DNA of 64,000 bases from positions 33,686-97,685 of the forward strand of contig CABUWV010000007.1 in the NCBI GenBank assembly GCA_902495355.1, given 5' to 3'. A program made the translations under genes and the position numbers. The notes under the pieces were generated by a model. It saw only the letters and a list, made by a program, of their open reading frames with translations. It was not told where the DNA came from and did not search any database. Each line of letters starts with the position of its first letter. Positions within the stretch are counted from its first letter, which is position 1. This document shows positions 27,107 through 37,394 of the stretch, piece after piece. Source of the stretch: an uncultured Collinsella sp. Its GTDB lineage: Bacteria > Actinomycetota > Coriobacteriia > Coriobacteriales > Coriobacteriaceae.

Positions 27107-27927
27107 AGCGGGCGATCCATCCCATAAAGGCAGATATGATGCGTTTGCACAGGATGTTTCCGGCGAAGTTTGGTCTTACGCTTATGCTGGCGTTCGGCCT
27201 TCTCTTCTGTGTCTTTCTAAAAAACGGAACAACGTTGCTCGCCTTTGGCAATAGCGTTTTTGGGGAGGATATTGGTTTCTGCTGGAATGTAATCGATCCT
27301 TCTGCACCCGATGAGTCCCTTGTGCGCAGTGCTTTTGCCGGCACCTCCCTGTTCGTTCCGCTCATCGTTTGCCTGGCGATTTTACAGGAGCGCGGCTATG
27401 AAGAGGGATGCCGAATTTCTTCAGCAAGAGGTCTTGCCCGCTTTAACGGGGCTCTGGCACATGCACTTTCGTCTTCTTTAATAATCGGCGCAGCATATAG
27501 TGCGCTTTGCCTTCTTCTTTTTGCAATAGCCATAATACGTGGAGGGCATAACTACTCGCACGACATGCTAACTGCATTTTTGCCCGCAATGATAGTCAAC
27601 GCCGTATTGGTGATATCGGTTGCGCTGGAGACGGTGACCATCTATCGGATTACAGGCAGCGCTGTATTGAGCGGGGCTGCGATAATAATTGGATTTGTCA
27701 TGAGCTTGACGCTCTACGGAACTTACCTTCAGACGCCCATACCGTCCTTGCGATGGATCTTCTTTCTTCCGGGGCCGTACCTTGGAGTCGGATGTGCCCT
27801 TGGGTATAGCGATATGGGGCAGCTGACGCTTCTGGGATATGGCGCGGCAGCCAGCTGTCTGTCGGTATTGATTTACGCTCTCTTGAGCTTTCGCGCTGGG
27901 GGTGTGCTCAATGGCTCGTCAGATTAA
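27103..27927 (+). CDS. polytopic membrane protein, putative ABC-2 permease subunit 1
   Basis: ATGA start/stop overlap with the ATPase gene, about six hydrophobic segments, no recognisable family motif. Confidence 0.6.
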   Translation: MKRAIHPIKADMMRLHRMFPAKFGLTLMLAFGLLFCVFLKNGTTLLAFGNSVFGEDIGFCWNVIDPSAPDESLVRSAFAGTSLFVPLIVCLAILQERGYEEGCRISSARGLARFNGALAHALSSSLIIGAAYSALCLLLFAIAIIRGGHNYSHDMLTAFLPAMIVNAVLVISVALETVTIYRITGSAVLSGAAIIIGFVMSLTLYGTYLQTPIPSLRWIFFLPGPYLGVGCALGYSDMGQLTLLGYGAAASCLSVLIYALLSFRAGGVLNGSSD

Positions 27928-28729
27928 AAGACTTCTCCAGTCAGAATTGAAGCATGTGAGCAAATGGACGTACGCCTTAATCCTGGTAATTTATGCGTGC
28001 ATGGTGGTATTGCAGCTTAATTCTTTCCCGATGTGGTTCTGCAGCCTCCGTGAGAACAGTTTCTTGGGCTTTTTCCCAGACCCGACGCTTCGGCTATCGG
28101 CGGAGGATGTCCTTCTATTTGGTAATGCAGAGGTTTTTCGCGGTCTGCTGTTCAACGTAGCCCCGTTGGCTCATGCATTGTTCTTTCCGTTCATCGCGGC
28201 TTGCATTGTGCCGTGCTTTGTCAGTTCGGGCTTTATTGAGGAACCGTGGGGGCTGTCGGAGGCTCGGGGAGGGAAGCGTGTGTGCGCTATCGTTGCGCGA
28301 GTGGTGCTGTCTTCTTTTGCCCTTTTGGGCGCGTTTGTCCTGTCGAGTGTCGTTTTGTACTGTCTTAACTGCGTAATCGTTTTGGATGCTCGGCAGTATT
28401 TCGACCTGCATGTATTTTGCTATCGACTTCTTCTGGCGAGTGTCGTCTGCCTTGCATACGTGGTCTCTTGCGTGATCGTTGTTTCCTATTTTGGGTCCGG
28501 CTTCGGTCCGATTGGCATGCTGTTGCTTGTCAACGTCGTAGCGATCTACATACAGCTCGGGACCAATTCCATGCTTCCGCTTCCAGCCTCGATGCTCATG
28601 TGGATTTGTGGCGTGACCCCGTTGGGGAATAGTCAATGCATTTCGATTCTAATTGACTGCCTAATAAACGTAGCAAGCGTTTTTGCCATTTGCTTTACCG
28701 TCGACCGATTGCGGTCGAGATTTCTTTGA
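27911..28729 (+). CDS. polytopic membrane protein, putative ABC-2 permease subunit 2
   Basis: Overlaps the previous gene by 17 nt (ATG at 27911; GTG at 27902 is an alternative). About six hydrophobic segments. Confidence 0.6.
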   Translation: MARQIKRLLQSELKHVSKWTYALILVIYACMVVLQLNSFPMWFCSLRENSFLGFFPDPTLRLSAEDVLLFGNAEVFRGLLFNVAPLAHALFFPFIAACIVPCFVSSGFIEEPWGLSEARGGKRVCAIVARVVLSSFALLGAFVLSSVVLYCLNCVIVLDARQYFDLHVFCYRLLLASVVCLAYVVSCVIVVSYFGSGFGPIGMLLLVNVVAIYIQLGTNSMLPLPASMLMWICGVTPLGNSQCISILIDCLINVASVFAICFTVDRLRSRFL

Positions 28730-28772
28730 TTGTTTGTGAGGGAAAATCATACCGAGCATACCAAATACAGGG

Positions 28773-28808
28773 GGGGTGGCGGGCACCGTGGCTGGTGTCC
28801 GCCACCCC
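28773..28808. terminator. GC-rich hairpin between convergent genes (candidate bidirectional terminator)
   Basis: GGGGTGGCGG (28773-28782) pairs with CCGCCACCCC (28799-28808). Confidence 0.5.
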
Positions 28809-28842
28809 GGCATGGAAGGTTTAAGCCTGCGTGATTCGCGAG

Positions 28843-29652
28843 CTAGCGAGCCTGCTTAACCTTTGCCGCTGCCTCGACAAACGACTTCCACAGGTTAAAG
28901 TCGGTCTCGAGCGTCTTCCACGTGTACTCAGGGTGCCATTGTACGCCCAGGCAGAAAGGCTGGCCTTCAACTTCGATGCACTCGGGAACGCCGTCGGTTG
29001 CCTTGGCGACCAAGCGCGTGCTCTTACCCAGACGGTCGACGCAGCAGTGGTGTGCGGAGTTGGTCTGGATTAGCCTGTGCCCGCCAACCGCGCGTTCCAG
29101 CAGCGAGCCCGGCACGACCTCGACGGGGTGCACGGGATCGTTGAGCACGTGGGTGTGACGCCACTGCGTGCGACCCTCGCGCGCACCCAGGCTCGGCACG
29201 TCCATGCACAGGGTGCCGCCGGTGGCGACGTTGAGCAGCTGCGTGCCGCGGCAGGTGGTAAAGAGCGGCTTTTTGGCGCGGATTACCTCGTCGACCAGCT
29301 TAAACTCAAAGCTATCGCGGATCTCGCAGCAGAGGGTGGGGTCGTAGGGTCGATCATCGCCCCAACGTTTGGGATTGACATCGGGGCCGCCGGGAATGGC
29401 GATACCGTCAGCGATTTCCACGTAATGACGGATGACCTCAATGTCCTCGGTGATGGACATCTGCAGCGGCAGGCCGCCGGCGGCAAGAATGGCATCGACA
29501 AAGACACTTGCGATTTCCTCGTTGGGGGAGAGCGTCTCGCTCAAAAACGGCTTTGCTTCTTCCCAACGCGGTGCCACCAGGATGAGCGGACGGTCGGTGG
29601 GGGCAACGTCGACGTGCGGGGTATAGGACGAGGAAGTATGGGTTCCGATCAT
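28843..29652 (-). CDS. class I glutamine amidotransferase / peptidase C26 (gamma-glutamyl-GABA hydrolase-like)
   Basis: GIAIPGGPDVNP, nucleophile CRGTQLLN and VQWHPE motifs. Confidence 0.8.
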   Translation of the reverse strand: MIGTHTSSSYTPHVDVAPTDRPLILVAPRWEEAKPFLSETLSPNEEIASVFVDAILAAGGLPLQMSITEDIEVIRHYVEIADGIAIPGGPDVNPKRWGDDRPYDPTLCCEIRDSFEFKLVDEVIRAKKPLFTTCRGTQLLNVATGGTLCMDVPSLGAREGRTQWRHTHVLNDPVHPVEVVPGSLLERAVGGHRLIQTNSAHHCCVDRLGKSTRLVAKATDGVPECIEVEGQPFCLGVQWHPEYTWKTLETDFNLWKSFVEAAAKVKQAR

Positions 29653-29739
29653 AGGTGCTGCTTTCGAATCTGAAGGTGACAGGGCGCATGAGAGACGTAG
29701 GACAACACTTTCAATGTATTTGTCCCACGGGGAGGCTGG

Positions 29740-30504
<765 letters not shown>

Positions 30505-30540
30505 GGTGCTCGGCTCCTTATGACTCGAAATGGTAAAGCG

Positions 30541-31374
30541 TTAGCGGATGATGGTCGCGCCGGTCTTGTGCGAAACATAGACAGCGGCCTTGTTGATCGC
30601 GACGTTGATGAGGATATAGATGACCGCGATTACCAGGTAGACCGACACGAGGGCGTCGTAGTTGGTAATGAGCACGCGGGCATTTTGCATCAGGTCGGGA
30701 TAGCTCACCACGTAGGCGACGGTGGTGTCCTTGACTACGACCACAAGCTGCGAAATCAACGACGGAATGATAAATCGAATCGCCTGCGGCAACACGATTT
30801 TAAAGGTGATTTTAGCCTTGGAGAGACCGAGCGCCTGGGCGGCTTCGACCTGGCCGCGCGGCACGGCGTTGACGCCGGCGCGGAAGATCTCGGCAAGTAC
30901 ACCGGCTGCAGCAAGCGCGACGGGAAGCGTGAGCATCCAAAACGACGGCAGCGCTATCTTGTACTGGGGCAGCACCAAAAAGAAGAAGTAGATGAACAGC
31001 AGGCTCGGCACGCCGCGGAAGAAATCGGTGAGCACGCGGCAGACCAGCTGCAGCGGCTTGATGCCGCTGGTGCGGCCGAGCATAAGGGCTAAGCCCAGTA
31101 CCAGCGCAATGACGCCGGCAGTGAGTGCGACTTTAACGGTGCCCTCAAAGCCGGCAAGCAGGAACTTCCAGGTGGTGAGGTGCGTAAAGAAATACCAATA
31201 GTGGACCGAAAGCTGGCCGGTCACATAAAAGCGCTGCAGTACCAGGGCGACGAGCGCGGCGACGGCGACGAGTGAGATGGCGGTGCCGATGCGAATCTTG
31301 GCGCGCATCTTGGGGCCGGGAGCCTCGTAGAGCGCATCGCGCATGGTGAGCGCGGAGGTGGAGTGCTTGCTCAT
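30541..31374 (-). CDS. amino-acid ABC transporter permease
   Basis: His/Glu/Gln/Arg-type permease with an EAA-like loop (VEAAQALGLSK). Confidence 0.85.
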   Translation of the reverse strand: MSKHSTSALTMRDALYEAPGPKMRAKIRIGTAISLVAVAALVALVLQRFYVTGQLSVHYWYFFTHLTTWKFLLAGFEGTVKVALTAGVIALVLGLALMLGRTSGIKPLQLVCRVLTDFFRGVPSLLFIYFFFLVLPQYKIALPSFWMLTLPVALAAAGVLAEIFRAGVNAVPRGQVEAAQALGLSKAKITFKIVLPQAIRFIIPSLISQLVVVVKDTTVAYVVSYPDLMQNARVLITNYDALVSVYLVIAVIYILINVAINKAAVYVSHKTGATIIR

Positions 31375-32030
31375 CGGAGGATCCTCACCTTCTTATCGAT
31401 GTAGTTGCCAATGTGGCTCACCACAAAGGCCGTGCCCAGGTAGCCGAGCGCCGAGATAAAGAACGCGGCGACGCCGCCGAGCGAGCGCGTGTTGATATAG
31501 CTCACCACGCCGGTGAGCTCTTGCGGCTTAAGCGGCACCTGGCTGCCGAGTGCGGTGGTGAGCATGACGGCGATAAAGAGGTTGGTCATGGGCAGCACAC
31601 TCGAGCGCAGCGCCTGCGGAATCACGATCTTGGCGAGGATGCGGCTGAAGCTCATGCCGAGCGAGCGGGCGGCTTCCACCTGACCGACGCCAACGGTGTT
31701 GATGCCGCTCATAAAGTTCTCGGAGCCAAAGGCCGAGCCCAAAAGGACCGTGGCGACGATAACGCAGGTACGGTAGGGCAGAACGACCTTGAGCGGCGGC
31801 AGCGCATAGACGACGATAATGAGCAGTGCGATGCCGGGGATGTTACGGAAGACCTGGACATACAGGTCGCCAAAGACGCGCAGCGGCTTGAGCGGCGACA
31901 CGCGCATCACGGTGACGGCGACGGCCAGCACCATGGCGATGGCAAACGACTCAAGCGTCATACCCCAGGTTGCTAGCAGCGCGTCGATATAGTTCTGGCC
32001 ATAGAGCGACCAGAGTTCGGAGAGACTCAT
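31371..32030 (-). CDS. amino-acid ABC transporter permease
   Basis: EAA loop VEAARSLGMS. 4-nt overlap with the downstream permease. Confidence 0.85.
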   Translation of the reverse strand: MSLSELWSLYGQNYIDALLATWGMTLESFAIAMVLAVAVTVMRVSPLKPLRVFGDLYVQVFRNIPGIALLIIVVYALPPLKVVLPYRTCVIVATVLLGSAFGSENFMSGINTVGVGQVEAARSLGMSFSRILAKIVIPQALRSSVLPMTNLFIAVMLTTALGSQVPLKPQELTGVVSYINTRSLGGVAAFFISALGYLGTAFVVSHIGNYIDKKVRILR

Positions 32031-32168
32031 GCGGACCTCCCGCCGATAAGGAAAGGGGCTCCCGTGTGTACGGAAGCCCCGACAACTCTGTGAGGAAACA
32101 GTTTACCGCAATAAAGCGCATCGTGCGTTTCCATATGGTTTCGTTGCGGCCGTTACCAGGCTCGTTGC

Positions 32169-33164
32169 CTAGGCGCCGATCTCGGGCAGCTCGGGAACAT
32201 TGGTGTCGCCCGTGCGGTCGCCGATGCAGATCTGCCACAGCTCGGTCCAGGTGCCGTCGTCCTCGATCTTCTTAAGGAAGTCGTTGACAAAGGCGACGCC
32301 GTCGGAATCGAGCGGCAGACCGATGCCATAGGGCTCCTTGCTGCCGAAGGGCTTGCCGGCGATCTTGTACTTACCGGGCTCGCGGACCAGGGCGCTCTGC
32401 TGCATGTTGTTATCGATGACGTAGGCGTCAACGCGACCCTGCTGGAGTGCCTGACGGGCCTCCTCGTCGGTCTTGAACTCCTGCTGGCTGGCCTTGGGAG
32501 CGAACTCCTCCAGGATGGCGGGGCCGTTGGAGCCGGACTGGACGGCGACGTTCTTGTCGGCCAGGTCGTCGACGCCCTTGATGTCGTCGTTATCGGCGAG
32601 TACCAGGATGGCTTGCTGGGTGTAGTAGTAGGGGCCGGCAAAGGAGACGAGCTTCTTGCGCTCGTCAGTGATGGTGTAGGTGGCAAAGACGGCGTCGACC
32701 TGGCCGTTCTGCAGGACGGACTCGCGCGTGTCCGAGGTCACCTGGGTGATCTCGACCTTGTTTTCGCCCAGAATGTAGTTGGACAGGAGCTGTGCGATAC
32801 CGGCGTCGAAGCCGCGGGTCTGACCGTCTTTCTCGTTGAGGAGGGAGAAGAGCGTGGAGGTCTGAACGCCACCGATATTAAAGACGCCGGCGTCCTTGAC
32901 GGCCGTGGCCCAGGTGCTGGCGGCGATGGCGTCGTCATCGGCCTTGGGGCCGTTGTCGACGAGCTTGTCGAATGCCTTGGCGTCGAGCGTGGTGGAAGCC
33001 TCGGTATCATTGGAGCTCTTGGAAGAGCCGGCGGCGGAGCCCTTGTCGGCCTCGGCGCTGGTGTCGGAGCAGCCGGCAAGACCAAGGCCGGCGACGGTTG
33101 CGAAGGTGGCGGCAACGAAGCCGCGGCGGTCGAGAACGACCTGCTGGGAGAGGTTCTTGCTCAT
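32169..33164 (-). CDS. amino-acid ABC transporter substrate-binding lipoprotein
   Basis: Twin-arginine-like RRGF signal, lipobox LGLAGC, family-3 SBP body. Confidence 0.85.
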   Translation of the reverse strand: MSKNLSQQVVLDRRGFVAATFATVAGLGLAGCSDTSAEADKGSAAGSSKSSNDTEASTTLDAKAFDKLVDNGPKADDDAIAASTWATAVKDAGVFNIGGVQTSTLFSLLNEKDGQTRGFDAGIAQLLSNYILGENKVEITQVTSDTRESVLQNGQVDAVFATYTITDERKKLVSFAGPYYYTQQAILVLADNDDIKGVDDLADKNVAVQSGSNGPAILEEFAPKASQQEFKTDEEARQALQQGRVDAYVIDNNMQQSALVREPGKYKIAGKPFGSKEPYGIGLPLDSDGVAFVNDFLKKIEDDGTWTELWQICIGDRTGDTNVPELPEIGA

Positions 33165-33207
33165 GGTAGAACACCTTTCTCAATAAAATCCCTAGCGGTT
33201 GAGTAGA

Positions 33208-33237
33208 GTTATACCCTATCGCGCTCAAATGGGTCAA
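33208..33237 (-). promoter_or_regulatory. candidate promoter of the amino-acid ABC operon
   Basis: On the minus strand: TTGACC (33237-33232), 18-nt spacer, TATAAC (33213-33208). Confidence 0.45.
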
Positions 33238-33280
33238 CACGAAATAACTCAGAAACATACTTACCTTATGGGTTATTCTG

Positions 33281-33325
33281 CCTACCAAAAAGGGACAGGT
33301 TTATTTTGGCAGGTTTTATCTGGGC
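33281..33325 (-). repeat. 45-nt dispersed stem-loop repeat, copy D
   Basis: The reverse complement reads GCCCAGATAAAACCTGCCAAAATAAACCTGTCCCTTTTTGGTAGG. Confidence 0.9.
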
Positions 33326-33433
33326 AAACGTCGAATATTGCAGCTGAGATAGCGCTTTGCAGACGGCATAATCGCTCGCGGCGGTCGCTATAATGGCGGC
33401 AACGCGACGCATATATAAGTAAGGAGATCGCGT

Positions 33434-34636
33434 ATGAACGGTTACTCGTTTTTCGCGCCGACCAAGGTGTTGTTTGGCGCGGGCAAGTTGGGCGAGCTGG
33501 GCGCGCAGAAGCTGCCCGGCACCAAAGCGCTCATCGTTACGACCGGCGGCAACTCGGTCAAGCGCTTTGGATATCTGGGACGTTTGGAGGCGGAGCTCGA
33601 CCGCGCCGGCGTGGCGCACGAGCTGTTCGACCGCATTGAGCCCAACCCGCTGCGCGAGACGGTCAACAAGGGCGGCTGGATGGCGCGCACCCATGGCTGC
33701 GACTTTGTCCTGGCGCTCGGCGGCGGTTCGGTCATGGACGGCAGCAAGGGCATCTGCGCGGTGGCGGCAAACCCGCATGCGGACGCCGAGGGCAACGAGT
33801 GCCCCGGTGACATCTGGGACTTTGTGAATGGTGGCACTGCGCTCGGCCTGCCTATTCCTAACGATCCGCTACCGCTTGTTTGCGTGACCACCACGGCGGG
33901 CACCGGCTCCGAGGTCGATGCGGGCGGTGTCCTGTCCTGCGAGGACAATGACGAGAAGCTTCGCCTGGGCGACCCGCGCCTGTTTCCGGTGCTTTCGATC
34001 GTTGATCCCGAGCTTATGGTGAGCGTTCCGGCACGTCTGACCGCTTATCAGGGATTCGACGCCCTGTTCCATTGCGTTGAGTGCTACATCTCAAATACCA
34101 ACACGCCCATGGGTGACATGGTTTGCCGCGAAGGCATCCGCCGTGCCGCCGCGGCGCTGCCTACGTGTGTCAATAATGGCGATGACCTGGAGGCGCGCTC
34201 GAGCCTTGCGTTTGCCAACACGCTCGGCGGTTATGCCATGGATGCCTCGGGCACCACGGGCTCGCATGGTCTTGAACATGGCATGAGTGCGCACCATCAC
34301 GACTTGCCGCACGGTGCCGGACTCATCATGATTGCGCGCGCCTACCACACGTGGATGATCGATCACGGTGCCGCACCCGAGCGCTATATCGACATGGCGC
34401 GTCTGATGGGCAATGCCGCTGCGGATGATCCGCATGATTTCGTGATTGAGCTCACGCGCCTGATGGAGACTTGTCATGTGGCCGACCTCGCCATGAGCGA
34501 GTGGGGGATTACGGTCGAAGAGCTGCCGGCCATCACGCACAACGCTCTGACGACCAACGGCGTTCTGTTTAGCCATGACCCCGTGACGCTGACCGACCCC
34601 GACGTCGTTGAAATTCTCAAGAACAGCTACCGCTAG
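33434..34636 (+). CDS. iron-containing (group III) alcohol dehydrogenase
   Basis: GGGSVMDGSK motif, His-rich metal site (HGLEHGMSAHHHDLPHG), about 400 aa. Confidence 0.85.
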   Translation: MNGYSFFAPTKVLFGAGKLGELGAQKLPGTKALIVTTGGNSVKRFGYLGRLEAELDRAGVAHELFDRIEPNPLRETVNKGGWMARTHGCDFVLALGGGSVMDGSKGICAVAANPHADAEGNECPGDIWDFVNGGTALGLPIPNDPLPLVCVTTTAGTGSEVDAGGVLSCEDNDEKLRLGDPRLFPVLSIVDPELMVSVPARLTAYQGFDALFHCVECYISNTNTPMGDMVCREGIRRAAAALPTCVNNGDDLEARSSLAFANTLGGYAMDASGTTGSHGLEHGMSAHHHDLPHGAGLIMIARAYHTWMIDHGAAPERYIDMARLMGNAAADDPHDFVIELTRLMETCHVADLAMSEWGITVEELPAITHNALTTNGVLFSHDPVTLTDPDVVEILKNSYR

Positions 34637-34653
34637 TTGCCTTGCTGCTTTGT

Positions 34654-34786
34654 CTTAATCTGTAACATTTGCAGCCGTTTTTGCCGAGTAGCTGTTGCAG
34701 ATTGAGATTTTCTTTTCAGGGGAATTCGAACGTCTCAATCTGTAACAGTTAGACGGAAATTCGGGCCATAGATGTTACAGGTTAAG
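34654..34786. repeat. four alternating copies (F-R-F-R) of a 15-17-nt motif (YTNAATCTGTAACAK) spaced about 39 bp apart
   Basis: Copies at 34654-34668 (F), 34692-34708 (R), 34732-34748 (F) and 34772-34786 (R). AT-rich. Confidence 0.75.
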
Positions 34787-34805
34787 ATAATCGCGTCGCG
34801 AAAAC

Positions 34806-34844
34806 AAAAACCTCCGCAGGGGTGCTTCCCTTGCGGAGGTTTTT
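34806..34844. terminator. bidirectional intrinsic terminator between adh and dxs
   Basis: AAAAA-CCTCCGCAGGG-loop-CCCTTGCGGAGG-TTTTT, abutting the dxs stop codon. Confidence 0.8.
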
Positions 34845-36626
34845 CTATTCGTTCAGCAGACGTACCGCTTCGGCGGCCATGTTCTCGACCGTCATGCCGG
34901 ATTGCGCCAGCAGCTCGTTGGGGTCGTAGCGGTCGGGGAAGCCCTTGGCGATGCCGAAGGTGCGTGTGCGCACTGGCGTGCAGGCCAAGTAGCACGCGAC
35001 ACGCTCGCCCCAGCCGCCGTCCAATATGCCGTCCTCGAGGGTGACGACAACGCGATGCTCGGTGGCAAGGCTGTCGAGGAACTCGCGGTCGAGCTCGGTT
35101 GCAAAGCGCGGGTTGACGAGCGTGGCCTCGATGCCGTACTCGGCAGCCAAGCGGTTTGCCATGCGCTCGCCCAGCTCAAAGAAATCGCCAAGCGCAAGCA
35201 CGGCCACATCGCGGCCCTGACGTACGACGTTGTAGCGAACGGCGCTGTAGTCGGTGTCCTCGGCGGGCGCCAAATCGGGGCGGCTCACCAGGCCAATGCC
35301 GGGCACGCGGATCGCCACGGGATGCTCGCGGTGGTCGAGTGACCAGCTCAGCATGGACAGATATTCCTCCATGCAGGCCGGTGCCAGGTAGTGCATGTTG
35401 GGAAGACCGCCCAGCATGGAAATATCAAAGAACGAAAGGTGCGTCTCTGACGTGGTGCCAAAGATCGACGCGCCAAACACCAAAATGGTTGCCGGGGCGT
35501 CGTTGAGGCACAGGTCGTGCCATAGCTCGTCGTAGGCGCGCTGCAAAAACGTGCCGTACACACCAAAGACTGGCTTGGCGCCCGAGCGCGCAAGCGCGGT
35601 GGCAAAGGTCACGGCGTGCTCCTCGGCAATGCCCACATCGACGAACTGTTTGCCGGCGGCAGCGCGAAGCTCAGGTGTAAAGCCCATGATGTAGGGCGTG
35701 GCGGCCGTGATGCCCACGACCTGCGGATCGCGCTTGATGGCGGCGCTGAGCGCCTCGCCCGTAATGTCGGCGTAGGTGCGCGGCGCAGGCTCGCTCGGAT
35801 GGCCCGGGCAGAGCTTGCGCCCGGTCACCATGTCAAACGGACCCACGTGGTGCCAGCGCTCGGGGTCGCTCTGGGCTGGCTCAAAGCCCTTGCCCTTGGC
35901 GGTGGAGACGTGCAGCACGATGGGATGATCGATATTACGCAGTTCCTGCAACGCGTCGACGAGGGCCAACACATCGTTGCCGGCGTCCAGATAGCGGTAG
36001 TCGAGCCCCATCGCGCGGAAAACGTTGCGCTCACAGGTGCCGTTGCTGGCACGCAGCTCGGCCAGATTGCGATACAGGCCGCCATGGTTCTCGGCAATGG
36101 ACTGGTCGTTATCGTTGACGATAATGATCAGGTTGCTATCGAGTTCGGCGGCATTGTTAAAGCCTTCAAACGCCAGGCCGCCCGAAAGCGAGCCGTCGCC
36201 AATGATGGTGATGACGTTGTACGCATCGCCCGCCAGGTCACGAGCGTGCGCTAGCCCGCAGCCCAGGCTCACCGAGGTCGAGGTGTGGCCCATGGCGAAC
36301 AGGTCGTGCTCGGACTCGTCGGGATTGGCAAAGCCAGAAGCCTCACCATAACGCTCCGGATCGATATAAGTGTACGCGCGCCCGGTCAGCGCCTTGTGGG
36401 CGTAGGTCTGGTGCGAAACGTCAAAGACAATCTTGTCGATGGGGGAGTTAAATACGCGATGAAGCGCAACCGTAAGCTCAACGACGCCCAAGTTGGGGGC
36501 AACGTGCCCGCCGACGGCGGCGGAGCTTTCGAGGATTGCCTGACGGATCTCGCCGCAGAGCAGCGGAAGCTCGGCGCGGTCGAGAGCCTTGACGTCCTCG
36601 GGCGTTGTCGTTTGCGTAAGCAGCAT
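34845..36626 (-). CDS. dxs: 1-deoxy-D-xylulose-5-phosphate synthase
   Basis: GGHVAPNLGVVELTVALHRVF, DVSHQTYAHKALTGR and the ThDP motif GDGSLSGG. Confidence 0.85.
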   Translation of the reverse strand: MLLTQTTTPEDVKALDRAELPLLCGEIRQAILESSAAVGGHVAPNLGVVELTVALHRVFNSPIDKIVFDVSHQTYAHKALTGRAYTYIDPERYGEASGFANPDESEHDLFAMGHTSTSVSLGCGLAHARDLAGDAYNVITIIGDGSLSGGLAFEGFNNAAELDSNLIIIVNDNDQSIAENHGGLYRNLAELRASNGTCERNVFRAMGLDYRYLDAGNDVLALVDALQELRNIDHPIVLHVSTAKGKGFEPAQSDPERWHHVGPFDMVTGRKLCPGHPSEPAPRTYADITGEALSAAIKRDPQVVGITAATPYIMGFTPELRAAAGKQFVDVGIAEEHAVTFATALARSGAKPVFGVYGTFLQRAYDELWHDLCLNDAPATILVFGASIFGTTSETHLSFFDISMLGGLPNMHYLAPACMEEYLSMLSWSLDHREHPVAIRVPGIGLVSRPDLAPAEDTDYSAVRYNVVRQGRDVAVLALGDFFELGERMANRLAAEYGIEATLVNPRFATELDREFLDSLATEHRVVVTLEDGILDGGWGERVACYLACTPVRTRTFGIAKGFPDRYDPNELLAQSGMTVENMAAEAVRLLNE

Positions 36627-36854
36627 CGTTGTGGGTTACTCCATGCGAATCGTGCGCCGGCACTCCCTCGGCCGGCACAATTGCACAAGACAGTCTCGCA
36701 CATTTTGGCGTTTGATATGTGACGGCGGCGCGGTAATTCGCCAACTGGTGGGGCAAAACGTTTTGTCCGATGCCATACTGATATGTTCCATGATGTTTTT
36801 ATCGATTGTGCACAGGCCGTGGCTTGTCGCCGTGAGTCGCTGGAAGGAGGCAGC

Positions 36855-37391
36855 ATGTCCGATGCCGTTCGTGCCGAAAAAATCGCGCACGAGGTCGACT
36901 ATGCCGCCCGCCAGCTGGCCCAGGCGGGCCGCTTGGACCTGACGCACGAGTTTATCCAGCATGGCGACGTGACGGTCTATGCACATGTGACTTCGGTAGC
37001 GCGGGCGAGCCTGTCCTTTGCCGAGCGCTTGGGCCGTGCCGGCATTTCGGTCGACCGTGCTTCGTTGTTGCGCGGGGCCCTGCTGCACGATTACTTTCTC
37101 TATGACTGGCACGATCCCGACCCAAGCCATCGGCTGCATGGCTTTCGCCACCCGTTTTTTGCCCTGGCACGTGCGGAGGAAGATTTTGAGCTGACGCCGC
37201 GCGAACGGAACATTATCGTGCGGCATATGTTTCCGCTGGTGCCAGTGCCGCCGACGTGTCGTGAGGCTTGGATTGTATGCCTGGCAGATAAATGGTGCGC
37301 TCTGCGCGAGACGGTCGCCGGTCGTCTGCGGCGCAAGGACGAGGCGGACGATGACGTGAGTAAAGCATCGAGCGAAAAGAGGAGAGGGTAG
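36855..37391 (+). CDS. HD-domain phosphohydrolase
   Basis: LLHDYFLYDWH and RHMFP motifs. ATG at 36855 follows GGAAGGAGG. Confidence 0.7.
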   Translation: MSDAVRAEKIAHEVDYAARQLAQAGRLDLTHEFIQHGDVTVYAHVTSVARASLSFAERLGRAGISVDRASLLRGALLHDYFLYDWHDPDPSHRLHGFRHPFFALARAEEDFELTPRERNIIVRHMFPLVPVPPTCREAWIVCLADKWCALRETVAGRLRRKDEADDDVSKASSEKRRG

Positions 37392-37394
37392 ACG

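Noticed and set aside
25096-28808. Calling the low-GC island a mobile element or prophage remnant
   Set aside because: I could not find an integrase, transposase, tRNA attachment site or clear direct repeats at both ends. Only the compositional shift supports horizontal origin, so it is reported as a finding and not annotated as a mobile element.
33389-33394. Perfect TATAAT 40 nt upstream of the alcohol dehydrogenase ATG
   Set aside because: There is no acceptable -35 hexamer at 16-19 nt spacing (GCATAA). It may still be a -10-only promoter but is not reported as a feature.
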